From a virus: a DNA stretch of 59,576 nucleotides. Within the stretch, counting starts at the first letter, position 1. Each line of letters starts with the position of its first letter. Of the stretch, positions 16,975 through 26,486 are shown one piece after another. The position numbers were made by a program, and so were the translations under genes. The stretch lies in IMG/VR virus record IMGVR_UViG_3300045988_178550, positions 1-59,576 of that record. One strand, written 5' to 3'. The notes beneath the pieces are model-generated. The model had not been told where the DNA came from. It worked only from the letters and a program-made list of their open reading frames with translations, and made no database searches.

Positions 16975-17685
16975 TTATAAAGTGTTATCAGGAGCCATCC
17001 TCGTAAATATTTTATTATAAAGGTCTTCAAACACAACAGGGAAGTACCTATATAAAGCTAATAAAATCTGGTTAGCTAAATATTGCATATCAGGATGTGC
17101 TTTAGGGTCAGTACGTAATTTAATAAAATGCCTCCATTCACGCAAATTACATGTCATAATTAATTCTGTCTTCAAGCTGGTATTTAAAACAGATCTTGCA
17201 ATTTGTGGCTTAATTCCTTTATTGATTAGTTCATTATAGGCAATTGCACAATCAATACAATTTTTTTCCCAAATATCAAATTCAGGAGTATTGTATTCAA
17301 TGTTGATAGGTTTGACAAAGCTGATTGGTTTACCTTTATAATTACAGTACCTTGTACTTTCTTGTGAGTATGATGCAATCCTATGTCGTACTAATTCATG
17401 GGATATTCCACGGTCAGTAACAATTTTAAAACTACAGGAAATGTGTTCCAAAACTGATTCATGTCCAAGCCTAATTAACATTTTAATAAAAGGTTCAGAA
17501 CTATTATCAGTGATTTTGTCCTCAGATTTGTAACAAATTCTGCCAAATTGTTCAATATAATTATTTGCTACAATACCAGATAAATGTGGGAAAATCATTG
17601 CAGAAGGTTTATCAATAATTCTAATTAAACTACTATAATCAAATTTCATTTCCATTGGGATTCCTTCCCCTTTATTTGCTACCAT
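16975..17685 (-). CDS. thyX: FAD-dependent thymidylate synthase ThyX
   Basis: ThyX signature RHRIASYSQESTRY plus HESVLEH; strong AAAGGAGG SD. Confidence 0.85.
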   Translation of the reverse strand: MVANKGEGIPMEMKFDYSSLIRIIDKPSAMIFPHLSGIVANNYIEQFGRICYKSEDKITDNSSEPFIKMLIRLGHESVLEHISCSFKIVTDRGISHELVRHRIASYSQESTRYCNYKGKPISFVKPINIEYNTPEFDIWEKNCIDCAIAYNELINKGIKPQIARSVLNTSLKTELIMTCNLREWRHFIKLRTDPKAHPDMQYLANQILLALYRYFPVVFEDLYNKIFTRMAPDNTL

Positions 17686-17699
17686 TATAATTCCTCCTT

Positions 17700-17942
17700 T
17701 TATCGCAATATTTTAATACTTTTATATTCTTTCATGTTTAAGTTACGTTCAGGACTAGACAGAATGCAGAATATTAAATCTTCCATTGTAATTTTACTTG
17801 GTAGGTAGGTTTTTAATAATTGTTGGAGCATTTTATCAAATTCAGATTTTTTAATAAAACATGTAATGTATGTCTTATCTCCTTTGTATAGTTGTACTTT
17901 TAAAACAATAACATCAACTTTATCTAATGGTACTACTTGCAT
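17700..17942 (-). CDS. hypothetical protein
   Basis: 80-aa ORF. Confidence 0.5.
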   Translation of the reverse strand: MQVVPLDKVDVIVLKVQLYKGDKTYITCFIKKSEFDKMLQQLLKTYLPSKITMEDLIFCILSSPERNLNMKEYKSIKILR

Positions 17943-18283
17943 AAGTATCGTTTCCTTTCCATAATATATTTTGCTTTATCAGGGAATTTATATTCAATGA
18001 ATTCTGCAAGGATTATTCGATGGCAAAATTCAAAAGGCTTACAATAGCAAACCAAAGTAATACGTGGAAGCCTTAATAAATTATCATAAATATCCTTGTA
18101 TTGGTTAAATGTATTTTCAAGCTGTTCCCAATAGTATTTTTTGAAAATATTTTCAGGAATTAGTCCCTTTTTGTATCGCATAATTAAATCCCATTTAGGA
18201 GCTAATAAACAACCAGACTTCCTTGTAACATCTAGCCTATCAATTTTATTATATTTGATATTAGCAGTGTATATTTTTAGCAT
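17933..18283 (-). CDS. DUF488-like protein
   Basis: 116 aa; TLVCYCKPFEFCHRIILAEFI resembles the DUF488 C-terminal LlC.E....CHR motif. Confidence 0.35.
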   Translation of the reverse strand: MLKIYTANIKYNKIDRLDVTRKSGCLLAPKWDLIMRYKKGLIPENIFKKYYWEQLENTFNQYKDIYDNLLRLPRITLVCYCKPFEFCHRIILAEFIEYKFPDKAKYIMERKRYLCK

Positions 18284-18286
18284 TTC

Positions 18287-18835
18287 CTATTTCCTTATAA
18301 TCAATTGCACAACTTCATCTGCTTTATTTATTAAAGCCATTTTAGGAGGAATTGTCCTATAACTTAGAACATTTAAGTATTTTGATTGCAATTCCATCAT
18401 TTCTCCAATAATGCTATTATATTTATGAATAAATTGTGCATCTATTGTTTTGTCCCTGTTTCGCATATCATTCATAAATTGCAATTTCCTATTTAATTTT
18501 TCAAATCGCTCATTTATTTCATAAATTTCGTTGGGAGGATATTTACCATTATTTTCAGTTTTAACTTCAGCTTCAGTAATAGCAATTAATTCCAAAATAC
18601 AATAGTTTGCAATATCTAAAAGCGTATCCTTTACTGATTCATTCTGGACATTAGCTTTAAAGTTATTACGGTATAATTGTTTTAATCGAAGGAATTTATC
18701 TTGCAACCGAATCAGAATAGCATTAGGATATTCATTCCTTGTGATATTAAAGCTATCACCATAATCAGCATTTTTAGCTTTGTAAACTTCATACATTTTT
18801 TCAGTGATTTTTTTGAACAGTTCTGCATTAGCCAT
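18287..18835 (-). CDS. DUF1599 (nucleotide-modification-associated domain 1)-like protein
   Basis: N-terminal KAKNADYGDSF...ILIRLQDKFLRLKQL matches the KN.DYG...R..DK..R pattern of DUF1599. Confidence 0.45.
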   Translation of the reverse strand: MANAELFKKITEKMYEVYKAKNADYGDSFNITRNEYPNAILIRLQDKFLRLKQLYRNNFKANVQNESVKDTLLDIANYCILELIAITEAEVKTENNGKYPPNEIYEINERFEKLNRKLQFMNDMRNRDKTIDAQFIHKYNSIIGEMMELQSKYLNVLSYRTIPPKMALINKADEVVQLIIRK

Positions 18836-18846
18836 AGTATTACCTC

Positions 18847-19077
18847 CTATTTTAACATTTTAAAATCTAATTTAATATTCAAAACATCACAGATTTTAAT
18901 TAAGTTCTTTAGTTCACAATTACGTTTCCGTAATAAATTACTGGGAGTATTTACTCCTACATCAGCAAAATCAGCTAATGTTTTTAAGTGTATTTGTTTT
19001 GCTTCTAATTGCAACAAAATAGCATTACATAAATCTGATGCAAATTTGCTATTTAAACCAGTATTAGGATTGAGCAT
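18847..19077 (-). CDS. XRE-type helix-turn-helix protein
   Basis: HLKTLADFADVGVNTPSNLLRKRNCELKNLIKICDVLNIKL fits the Cro/C1 HTH layout; start at ATG 19077 (GGGGAGGG SD). Confidence 0.5.
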   Translation of the reverse strand: MLNPNTGLNSKFASDLCNAILLQLEAKQIHLKTLADFADVGVNTPSNLLRKRNCELKNLIKICDVLNIKLDFKMLK

Positions 19078-19495
19078 CTGCGTTTCCCTCCCCTGTAATG
19101 TTTCCCATGAATAGGGCATTTAATATACGAGGAGTATATTTACGTTCACCAGATATCCGTTCCAATTGTGAATGCATGCTGCATTTAATTTTGTTTAGTT
19201 TATTTATTGTAGTTTTATTGCTAACCAAAAAATCATTAAATTCTTTTAATACTGCAATCGTATCCTTAGCTTCCCTACGTTTTGTGCTATAATTATGGAA
19301 TAGTTTGACTACTATTGTTTTTTGTTTAGGTTTTAGTGGGTAGTTTAATTCACAATAATGGCGGATATCACAAATAGCTTTATCACAATCAGCAATTATA
19401 TTGTAGCAACTTGTAATTTCCTTTTGGGTAAAATTTATTAAATCTAAAAAATTATCATAGCAACTTATGCATTGCTTTATTCCATGTAAATCCAT
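19064..19495 (-). CDS. hypothetical protein
   Basis: 143-aa ORF. Confidence 0.5.
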   Translation of the reverse strand: MDLHGIKQCISCYDNFLDLINFTQKEITSCYNIIADCDKAICDIRHYCELNYPLKPKQKTIVVKLFHNYSTKRREAKDTIAVLKEFNDFLVSNKTTINKLNKIKCSMHSQLERISGERKYTPRILNALFMGNITGEGNADAQS

Positions 19496-19611
19496 AAAAT
19501 CAGAATCCTTATATTTATGCTATATGGAATTGTAAACCAGAATTCCCTCTGAGTAATTTTATTATTTAATCCATTATAATATATGGATAGCAATATAAAG
19601 TATACTCAGAA

Positions 19612-20295
19612 TTAAAGCTTGTAAACAGGAACATTATTTTGCTTACCAAACTTTAATGCTTCATCATGGGAATTGAAATATATATCAATTACTTTATTAT
19701 CATAACGGTCAACAATATAGTCAGCTGTTCTATCTTCTACTGTATATATGTGGCCATTGATAATTACTTTGGTATTTAAAGGAAGGGGACTAGCAACTGA
19801 ATGGTTAGGCTGCAATTTTTTACCAGAGCTACCAATAGCATAATTGGTGTGGGAATATTGACCACAACAGATTTCACAAGGACAATATGCAGTGATTGTA
19901 TAATTGCCAATATATTCAGATTCAGCTTGGACTAAAACAGCAGCTTTGTCCATGATACTTTCAGTGTAAAACTGATCTACTTTTTCTAAATATTCATCTG
20001 TAGACTTAGATTCCTTTTTTAGCTCATCCAATTTCCTATTGTATTCCCTGATTTCAACAAGGTTATTAGGGTCATAAGGGTAAATTTCTTCAACATTTTC
20101 ACCATAGGAAATTTTAGTAATGTTTTGTTTGTTTAAGTAGTTTTGATATTTTGCATCAATCTTACAAAACATATAATATACAACCAAAGCAATTAAAACC
20201 AATAAAACAATGCTGATGATTTTTCTGTCCCTTTGACGATTATATTGCCTTTGAATGTAATACCTTTCAGTAAAGCTTAATCCCTTTTTAGCCAT
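19612..20295 (-). CDS. membrane-anchored 3D-domain protein (possible peptidoglycan-cleaving)
   Basis: N-terminal TM, then TITAYCPCEICCG...YTVEDRTADYIV...IDIYF..HDEALKFG, the 3D/MltA-like double-psi barrel pattern. Confidence 0.6.
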   Translation of the reverse strand: MAKKGLSFTERYYIQRQYNRQRDRKIISIVLLVLIALVVYYMFCKIDAKYQNYLNKQNITKISYGENVEEIYPYDPNNLVEIREYNRKLDELKKESKSTDEYLEKVDQFYTESIMDKAAVLVQAESEYIGNYTITAYCPCEICCGQYSHTNYAIGSSGKKLQPNHSVASPLPLNTKVIINGHIYTVEDRTADYIVDRYDNKVIDIYFNSHDEALKFGKQNNVPVYKL

Positions 20296-20300
20296 TTTAA

Positions 20301-20624
20301 TTACTCCTTTACATTTACAGTTTGATTTTTAACATTCGAGTTATAAAATTTATCGGCCTTTTCATACTCATTAAGCATGAACTTGGCCTTTACTACATCA
20401 CCATATTTTAAGAATTGTCCATCATTAGTTTGAACAATGTATGGTAATTTTTCATCTTGAACTTTTAAAATAAGTCCAATACGTTCATATTGGTAACTAC
20501 CATTTACCTCCTTCCTATCCAATGCCATAATAGCTGCTACCAATGTTTCATGTAATTGCTGTCTTACCTTTTTTGCAAGTTCTTTGAACTTTTCTTCCGT
20601 TACCTTTTTGTACTTAATCGACAT
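20301..20624 (-). CDS. hypothetical protein
   Basis: 107-aa ORF with an AAGGAGG SD. Confidence 0.55.
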   Translation of the reverse strand: MSIKYKKVTEEKFKELAKKVRQQLHETLVAAIMALDRKEVNGSYQYERIGLILKVQDEKLPYIVQTNDGQFLKYGDVVKAKFMLNEYEKADKFYNSNVKNQTVNVKE

Positions 20625-20646
20625 ATTATTGCCTCCTTATGTATAT

Positions 20647-20675
20647 ATTATAATACAAATATAACCAAAAGTAAA
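20647..20675 (-). promoter_or_regulatory. sigma70-type promoter (TTTACT-N17-TATAAT)
   Basis: Minus strand -35 at 20675-20670, -10 at 20652-20647. Confidence 0.45.
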
Positions 20676-20687
20676 CTAAAACTTTCA

Positions 20688-21866
20688 CTATTTCCCAACA
20701 ATGCCCCATGGTGTATTAGGATTATATCCATTCATTCCTGATATCATTTTTGCCAATTTAGCTAATGTTTTAGCACTATCTTTTGCTTTATTATCTTTCA
20801 TCATACTTAAATCAGATGAAATTTGTTTTACTGCTGCTTTGACTCCTTCAATTGGACCCACATCATGATAATGATTTTGTGCATCATAATATCCAGTTAA
20901 ATTTCTATCAATATACTTTTCATCAACAAGGTCATATATTAATTCATTAAAATTATCAAACATAAATTGCTGCTTTATTGTTTTACTAAAATGTAATTTC
21001 CAAACATTATGCACAATTTCAGACATTGTTGTCCAATCAATGCCTATATTATTTTTGAACAATTCACTTACAAATCGTTTTGAATTCCATATCCACCAAA
21101 CAATTTCATCTTGCCTTTTATTAAAATAATCAAACGAATAATTTTTTGTAAATATTAAATTTGCATACCTAATATTATTTATAAATGCATCCTCACCAAA
21201 CAAAATATATGTTTCAATAATTGGCATATTTTTTGATACTTTTAAGAACTTAACATTGCCAACATTATTTTTTCTCAAATATTCTATGTATGTCCCTTCA
21301 ACAAATTCTTCAAAACAACATTTAATCCCAATCATATCAGGATTATTACTTGCACAATATATTGAATAGTATTCCATACACATTAAACAATAAATCATGT
21401 ATTCAACTTTATGTTCCTTGTTTGATTTTAAATATGCAGTCAAATTCATATAAAATTGTTTTCTTGCTTCACTACATCTGCAAAATATTTCAAATATCTC
21501 AAACAACACTTTGTATTTTCCATTTTTGATTACTTTCCGATAAATGTTGTTATAGCCTCTCCTACTTCTTCTATTAAACAATAAACCATAAATAACAGAC
21601 ATCAATCCTTTGATATTTGCATATCCAACTTTTTTAACTAATGTTTTGTTTGCTTCCCTAAAATCTTCCAAAAAATCTTTAACCAATTCCGGTTTAAATA
21701 CTTTTAAACATGTCACCATTTTCTTACGATATATTTCATTTGTATCAATAGCAAATGTATTTAAATGTGAGCAATAATTCCCAGTATCAACATGCTTATA
21801 AACCTGGATTCCATTTTCATTTTCAATCATTATTTGTTTCCCATGAGGACAAGTTAAGTTAAGCAT
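20688..21866 (-). CDS. hypothetical protein, third member of the AAA+/vWA operon
   Basis: 392-aa ORF overlapping the vWA gene stop by 8 nt; no motif recognised. Confidence 0.55.
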   Translation of the reverse strand: MLNLTCPHGKQIMIENENGIQVYKHVDTGNYCSHLNTFAIDTNEIYRKKMVTCLKVFKPELVKDFLEDFREANKTLVKKVGYANIKGLMSVIYGLLFNRRSRRGYNNIYRKVIKNGKYKVLFEIFEIFCRCSEARKQFYMNLTAYLKSNKEHKVEYMIYCLMCMEYYSIYCASNNPDMIGIKCCFEEFVEGTYIEYLRKNNVGNVKFLKVSKNMPIIETYILFGEDAFINNIRYANLIFTKNYSFDYFNKRQDEIVWWIWNSKRFVSELFKNNIGIDWTTMSEIVHNVWKLHFSKTIKQQFMFDNFNELIYDLVDEKYIDRNLTGYYDAQNHYHDVGPIEGVKAAVKQISSDLSMMKDNKAKDSAKTLAKLAKMISGMNGYNPNTPWGIVGK

Positions 21867-23700
21867 TTATCATCATCCTCCTTTTTAATACTTCTTTTGT
21901 GATTTCATTATGCAAATCTTTAATATTAACTGATTTGTAACCATCTAATGTTGCACCATTTACTGCAAACTTAATAATACATATTCCTGCATTTTCCATA
22001 ACATTTTCAAGCTTTTTAGCAGTCACTTTGTCAAATGTTTCACCATCAGATATTACAAACAATAATTTCAATTTGCCTTTTAGCTTCTGTTGCAATACAA
22101 CCCTATATGCAGATGATACATCAGTACCACCATTTGAAACAGGACATATATAAGAAATATCAATTGATTCATGAAATTGTTTATTTATTTTTGCACCTGC
22201 ATTATAATCAATTTGCATTGTTCTAATCCCAGGAATTCTATTCACTGCACTTAAAAACATTATTACTGATTCAGCGTAAGGAGTTTCAACATCTTCAGTG
22301 CTGCCAGAAATGTCCCTTAAAATAATAATATCAACATCAACTAATTCCTTCTTTTGATAATTATAAACTTTTGCATCTTCATTTGTTTTGCTTGACAAAT
22401 ATGCTAACTGTTGTTTTTTGAAATTAATATCACCATCAAATGCATTAACAGGAACAACCTTCGTAAATACCTTTTTAAACATCTTTTCCATTTCAGAAAT
22501 TTGATGCTTATACTTATCAATTGTTTGAAGGAAAAATGTTGAACCATTCTTTTTCGGTAAATTTGCCTTATCTAATGAAGCTTTAGCTCCCTTCATCAAA
22601 TCATTAGCTTTATTCACCATTCCTTGCATTGCATCTTTTGTTTGTCCAACTTGCATATTAATCATATTTCTCGTAATAACCTTTATATCAAGTTGTGACA
22701 TATTTGACATATCTTTTGCAAAAAACTCATTGTTGTACTTAATATAACCAGGAACATTTTGCGGATTCATTTTTATTGAATTCAAAACAAATTCTGTGCT
22801 ATTTTGTGATGCTAATGAACCAAATTTATCATTTTGCTTTAATAAATTTAAAACCAATGCAGCAACTTTATAACAATCAATTATTCCACAACGTTTTGAT
22901 ATTATCAAAAATGGGAATACTTCATTTATAATTTTTTGAAAATCTTCATTATACTTTATATCTGCTAACTCACTATCAATAATTTGATATTTACAAAACT
23001 TTTTAATAAATTCAATAATATTACAATACAATTGATTAGCATCATTATCAAATTTATTATCTGTTGGATTCAATTGTGAAAATGTTTTACCATCAATAAT
23101 AGTTTGTTCGTCATACATTGAAGAAAAAATATAAGCAAATTTTGCAAGTTCTTGATAATTCATTTCCAAATAGTATAATATTTTTGCATTAATGACAGCA
23201 TCAAAAACCTGCTTAAATGTTGAGTTATCATAATTTTCTGTTAAAATTTGATTGTTCAAAATTATATCAAATTCCCTTTGAGTGACACCTGCTTCAAACT
23301 CCTCCAGCAATTTATATTTTGCTAACGTTTGAACAATAATACCGTTCACAATTATATCCAACATTGTACCATTTTTCATCCATGATGTTTTTATTATTTG
23401 TTGCAAAATTTTCTTATTATATAACAAATAAATTGTTTTTGTATTCCTACCAATTTGTATATTTGCAACAGTTCTTTCTGGCATTGAATCATATGCATAT
23501 TTTGCTTCTTCATAAATCTCATAATTTTGAAAAGTTTGTTCAACAATATCCCTTAACTTCGGAATAAAGTTTATACGTGCTGTTGGAATGTTTTTTGTTG
23601 AACCACCATATAAAGCAATCTTTTCTTTAAGTTCTTCACGTTCATAAACTTCAATTTTCCTATTTGGTAACAAAATATCATAGTTAATTAATTTTAACAT
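21859..23700 (-). CDS. vWA-domain protein (CobT/CoxE-like)
   Basis: 613 aa; C-terminal MIDAS DxSxS (ILRDISGSTED) and LLFVISDGETFD. Confidence 0.65.
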   Translation of the reverse strand: MLKLINYDILLPNRKIEVYEREELKEKIALYGGSTKNIPTARINFIPKLRDIVEQTFQNYEIYEEAKYAYDSMPERTVANIQIGRNTKTIYLLYNKKILQQIIKTSWMKNGTMLDIIVNGIIVQTLAKYKLLEEFEAGVTQREFDIILNNQILTENYDNSTFKQVFDAVINAKILYYLEMNYQELAKFAYIFSSMYDEQTIIDGKTFSQLNPTDNKFDNDANQLYCNIIEFIKKFCKYQIIDSELADIKYNEDFQKIINEVFPFLIISKRCGIIDCYKVAALVLNLLKQNDKFGSLASQNSTEFVLNSIKMNPQNVPGYIKYNNEFFAKDMSNMSQLDIKVITRNMINMQVGQTKDAMQGMVNKANDLMKGAKASLDKANLPKKNGSTFFLQTIDKYKHQISEMEKMFKKVFTKVVPVNAFDGDINFKKQQLAYLSSKTNEDAKVYNYQKKELVDVDIIILRDISGSTEDVETPYAESVIMFLSAVNRIPGIRTMQIDYNAGAKINKQFHESIDISYICPVSNGGTDVSSAYRVVLQQKLKGKLKLLFVISDGETFDKVTAKKLENVMENAGICIIKFAVNGATLDGYKSVNIKDLHNEITKEVLKRRMMINA

Positions 23701-23709
23701 AATATCACC

Positions 23710-24717
23710 TCAAATGATATTTGCCATCAATTTACTTTTTGCATCCTTTGAATCAAAAAATCCCATATCAATATCTAAATAATACATAAAACTTTGTAAA
23801 ATGATTTCCTTGAACCTTTTAACAGAAATAGAGCTTACATAATCAATTACTTCTTGAACTTCACTGCCATTTATTATTGTTACATCTTTAGGAGATTCAC
23901 CAAAAATTCTTGTTGCAATAGTTCTCCTCATTGCTTCTTTGTCCTTTGACATTGTGAAATAGTCATCAGTTTTTCCTGCCTTTTTATATTCCAATGCCAA
24001 CATTACAGTAGCAATTGCAGCATTTCTTACTGACAATGGATATTCTTCACTTCGTACTTCTCGCATTAAACCAACAATATAATTTATAACATTATCAGGA
24101 ACATCAGACTCACATTCCAATTCATCATCAACAATCCTTTTAACAATTTCAACTTCATCATTTTGTCCAGGATATTCAAAATTGAATGCAACCAACCTTT
24201 GTGCAAAACTTTGTGGTAATTTAACATTACCTGCGTAGGTTGAAGTGTTAGAACAAAATACAATTCTAAAACTATCAGCAGCATATACAATTTTATCACC
24301 AATTGCTGTTACTGCAGTCCTATCAAGAATGCTATTAAACATTAACAAAATTTCCTGCATGCTATGTGTTGCTTCATCAACAATAATGATTCCACCATTT
24401 TCCATACAATCTGCAACAATACCATTTTCAGGTACCAAACTACCATTTTTTAATCTTAAGCCTAAAATTAAACTTGTTTTAGTTTGTTCTGGACTCAATT
24501 GAACATAATATGCATCAACATCATGTTTCATTGCATATTCTTTCGCAATGTTCATTGCAATAATACTTTTACCACTACCAGAAGGACCAACAATATATAA
24601 TGGCCATTTCGTATTTTCAATTACATTCAAACACCTTTTCAACATCCTTCTACCTTCAACACCAACTACACGTGGTACTTTCCTAACATCCAATTTTGTA
24701 TTAATATTATTTGCCAT
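23710..24717 (-). CDS. AAA+ ATPase, MoxR/CobS-like (AAA_5)
   Basis: Walker A VGPSGSGKS, Walker B IIIVDEATH; 335 aa; paired with the vWA gene. Confidence 0.7.
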   Translation of the reverse strand: MANNINTKLDVRKVPRVVGVEGRRMLKRCLNVIENTKWPLYIVGPSGSGKSIIAMNIAKEYAMKHDVDAYYVQLSPEQTKTSLILGLRLKNGSLVPENGIVADCMENGGIIIVDEATHSMQEILLMFNSILDRTAVTAIGDKIVYAADSFRIVFCSNTSTYAGNVKLPQSFAQRLVAFNFEYPGQNDEVEIVKRIVDDELECESDVPDNVINYIVGLMREVRSEEYPLSVRNAAIATVMLALEYKKAGKTDDYFTMSKDKEAMRRTIATRIFGESPKDVTIINGSEVQEVIDYVSSISVKRFKEIILQSFMYYLDIDMGFFDSKDAKSKLMANII

Positions 24718-24741
24718 TTCATTTGCCTCCTGAATATATTA

Positions 24742-24788
24742 AGGATAGTCTACTAACTCCCTCGTAAAGTTTGTTAGTAGACTATCCT
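24742..24788. promoter_or_regulatory. perfect 16-bp-stem hairpin between genes
   Basis: AGGATAGTCTACTAAC (24742-24757) and GTTAGTAGACTATCCT (24773-24788), 15-nt loop. Confidence 0.6.
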
Positions 24789-24809
24789 ATATTTGATTGT
24801 TAATGATTC

Positions 24810-25325
24810 TTAGAAGTCATCCATGTCATCGTCTTCATCATCATCTTCAACTACCTTTTTAGCAGGTTTTTTAGCTTTAGCAGCTTTCTTTACCGGCTTT
24901 TTAGGAGCTTCTTCTTCTTCATCCTCATCATCAAAATCATCATCTTCGTCTTCATCTTCAACTACTGCTTTTTTAGCTTTAGCCTTTTTAGCAGGTTTTT
25001 TCGGAGCTTCATCCTCTTCTTCTTCATCATCTTCTTCTTCAGGTTCAGCAACCTTTTTAGCTTTAGCTTTTTTAGCAGGTTTTGCTTCTTCAGCTTCCTC
25101 AGCTTCAACTTCTTCAACATCATCTTCAGAAGCACCTGCATCTGCTTTCAAAGCTGCTTCAACTTTGCGAACAGAAATATAATCAGGAATTGCTGCAATG
25201 ATTTCATCTTCAGTTGCAGTTGCAAATAACGGGAATCGACGACCGATATCCATTCTTGCTTCCTTGTCACCACTTCTCAAAGCTTCATAAGCATCTGCTA
25301 CATTCCAATTTCTTGCCATTTTCAT
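24810..25325 (-). CDS. protein with alternating poly-acidic and KKPAKKAKAKK repeats
   Basis: 171 aa; globular N-terminus, then three acidic/lysine-alanine blocks; DNA shows repeated TTTTTTAGCTTTAGC units. Confidence 0.6.
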   Translation of the reverse strand: MKMARNWNVADAYEALRSGDKEARMDIGRRFPLFATATEDEIIAAIPDYISVRKVEAALKADAGASEDDVEEVEAEEAEEAKPAKKAKAKKVAEPEEEDDEEEEDEAPKKPAKKAKAKKAVVEDEDEDDDFDDEDEEEEAPKKPVKKAAKAKKPAKKVVEDDDEDDDMDDF

Positions 25326-25420
25326 TTACCTCTTTCTTATTTTAAATTTGCTAACTTGGTGTGGGGTTGTGACCACCTACCTGCCAGCATTAACGGGGAA
25401 TTTGTCCCCGCCACTCTGCT

Positions 25421-25663
25421 TTATTCTACTTCAATTGCTTTTACTGAGAACCAAAAACCTCTAAAAGTTATTAACCTTTCATTTTTAACTCTCATGATAT
25501 TTTCGTAGTATTTATCAGCAATTTCAACATCAATTGTATCTGCTGGTTGTTTTACTTCCATTATAGCCATTAAAGCTTCAGTTGCCTCAAATACTGAATG
25601 GCAAACCTTTTCAAATTTAACTCCATTAACTTCAACCTTGACTAATAATGCTTTCATAACCAA
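25421..25663 (-). CDS. hypothetical protein
   Basis: 80-aa ORF downstream of the promoter at 25707-25735. Confidence 0.5.
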   Translation of the reverse strand: MVMKALLVKVEVNGVKFEKVCHSVFEATEALMAIMEVKQPADTIDVEIADKYYENIMRVKNERLITFRGFWFSVKAIEVE

Positions 25664-25706
25664 GTCCTCCTTATAACTTAATGTTTTTAGGTTTTTCCTT
25701 GATTAT

Positions 25707-25735
25707 ATTATAATACACATTTACTAATTTGTAAA
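25707..25735 (-). promoter_or_regulatory. sigma70-type promoter (TTTACA-N17-TATAAT)
   Basis: Minus strand -35 at 25735-25730, -10 at 25712-25707. Confidence 0.55.
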
Positions 25736-25743
25736 TAGGTTTT

Positions 25744-25977
25744 TTAATTATTTTGCAATTTTTCTTCTGCTTTAAATAAAGCATTTCGAATTTCATTTAA
25801 GATTTCAGCATCACAAATAATTGCATTTTTAACAAACATTTTAAATTCCTTTTTACCATCAACAAATGCAATTTCCTGAGCAATACTAATTTTGCCATCA
25901 TTTACATTCTTACTAATTACAACATCTTTATTTTTAGCAATTGTTACCCTTGCCAATTCTTCAAATTTTTTATTCAT
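25744..25977 (-). CDS. hypothetical protein
   Basis: 77-aa ORF. Confidence 0.5.
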   Translation of the reverse strand: MNKKFEELARVTIAKNKDVVISKNVNDGKISIAQEIAFVDGKKEFKMFVKNAIICDAEILNEIRNALFKAEEKLQNN

Positions 25978-26155
25978 TTACAAATACCTCTTTTCTTATC
26001 TTTTCAAAAAACATTGCTTTACAGGTTTTCACCTGGTCCATATCAATAGGATTTTCCCTATCACAGTTTTTTCTTAATTCTAATAATTGCTTCCTTGTTG
26101 CTTTAGCAATTTTTACAATTTTATCATAATGTAATGCTTTTTCTTCAATATCCAT
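25970..26155 (-). CDS. hypothetical protein
   Basis: Start set at ATG 26155 (GTGAGG SD, just after the upstream TGA). Confidence 0.45.
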   Translation of the reverse strand: MDIEEKALHYDKIVKIAKATRKQLLELRKNCDRENPIDMDQVKTCKAMFFEKIRKEVFVNE

Positions 26156-26162
26156 AAATGCC

Positions 26163-26486
26163 TCACTTTGCAACCAAACATAAACGAATATTCTTTTCAA
26201 AGCATTCATTCAACAATTCAAAATTTACATCCATACTTTCCAATTGAAGTACAGCATCACCTTCACGATTGATTCGTAAAGTTTTGAGCCTTGTTTTACC
26301 AATAATGCCTTTTGTTCCTTCACCATTGTCAGCTTGTGTTTTGATATCATTATTTAAAAGCATTACAACGTTGATATATTTTGCTAACTCAGAAGCTGGG
26401 AAAACAAATTTCAAAGTTGTAATTCCACTTTTATTGGTATTACTCCCATCATAAGTACAAGCTAAAATCAATTTCTTTTCATCCAT
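26163..26486 (-). CDS. hypothetical protein
   Basis: 107-aa ORF. Confidence 0.5.
   Translation of the reverse strand: MDEKKLILACTYDGSNTNKSGITTLKFVFPASELAKYINVVMLLNNDIKTQADNGEGTKGIIGKTRLKTLRINREGDAVLQLESMDVNFELLNECFEKNIRLCLVAK

Noticed and set aside
25326-25420. tRNA or small RNA gene in the GC-rich intergenic patch (also 12680-12760)
   Set aside because: I could not draw a cloverleaf: no 7-bp acceptor stem and no GTTCRANYC-like T-loop. The clear CGGGGA-CAAAT-TCCCCG stem after the stop at 25421 is more simply a weak terminator.
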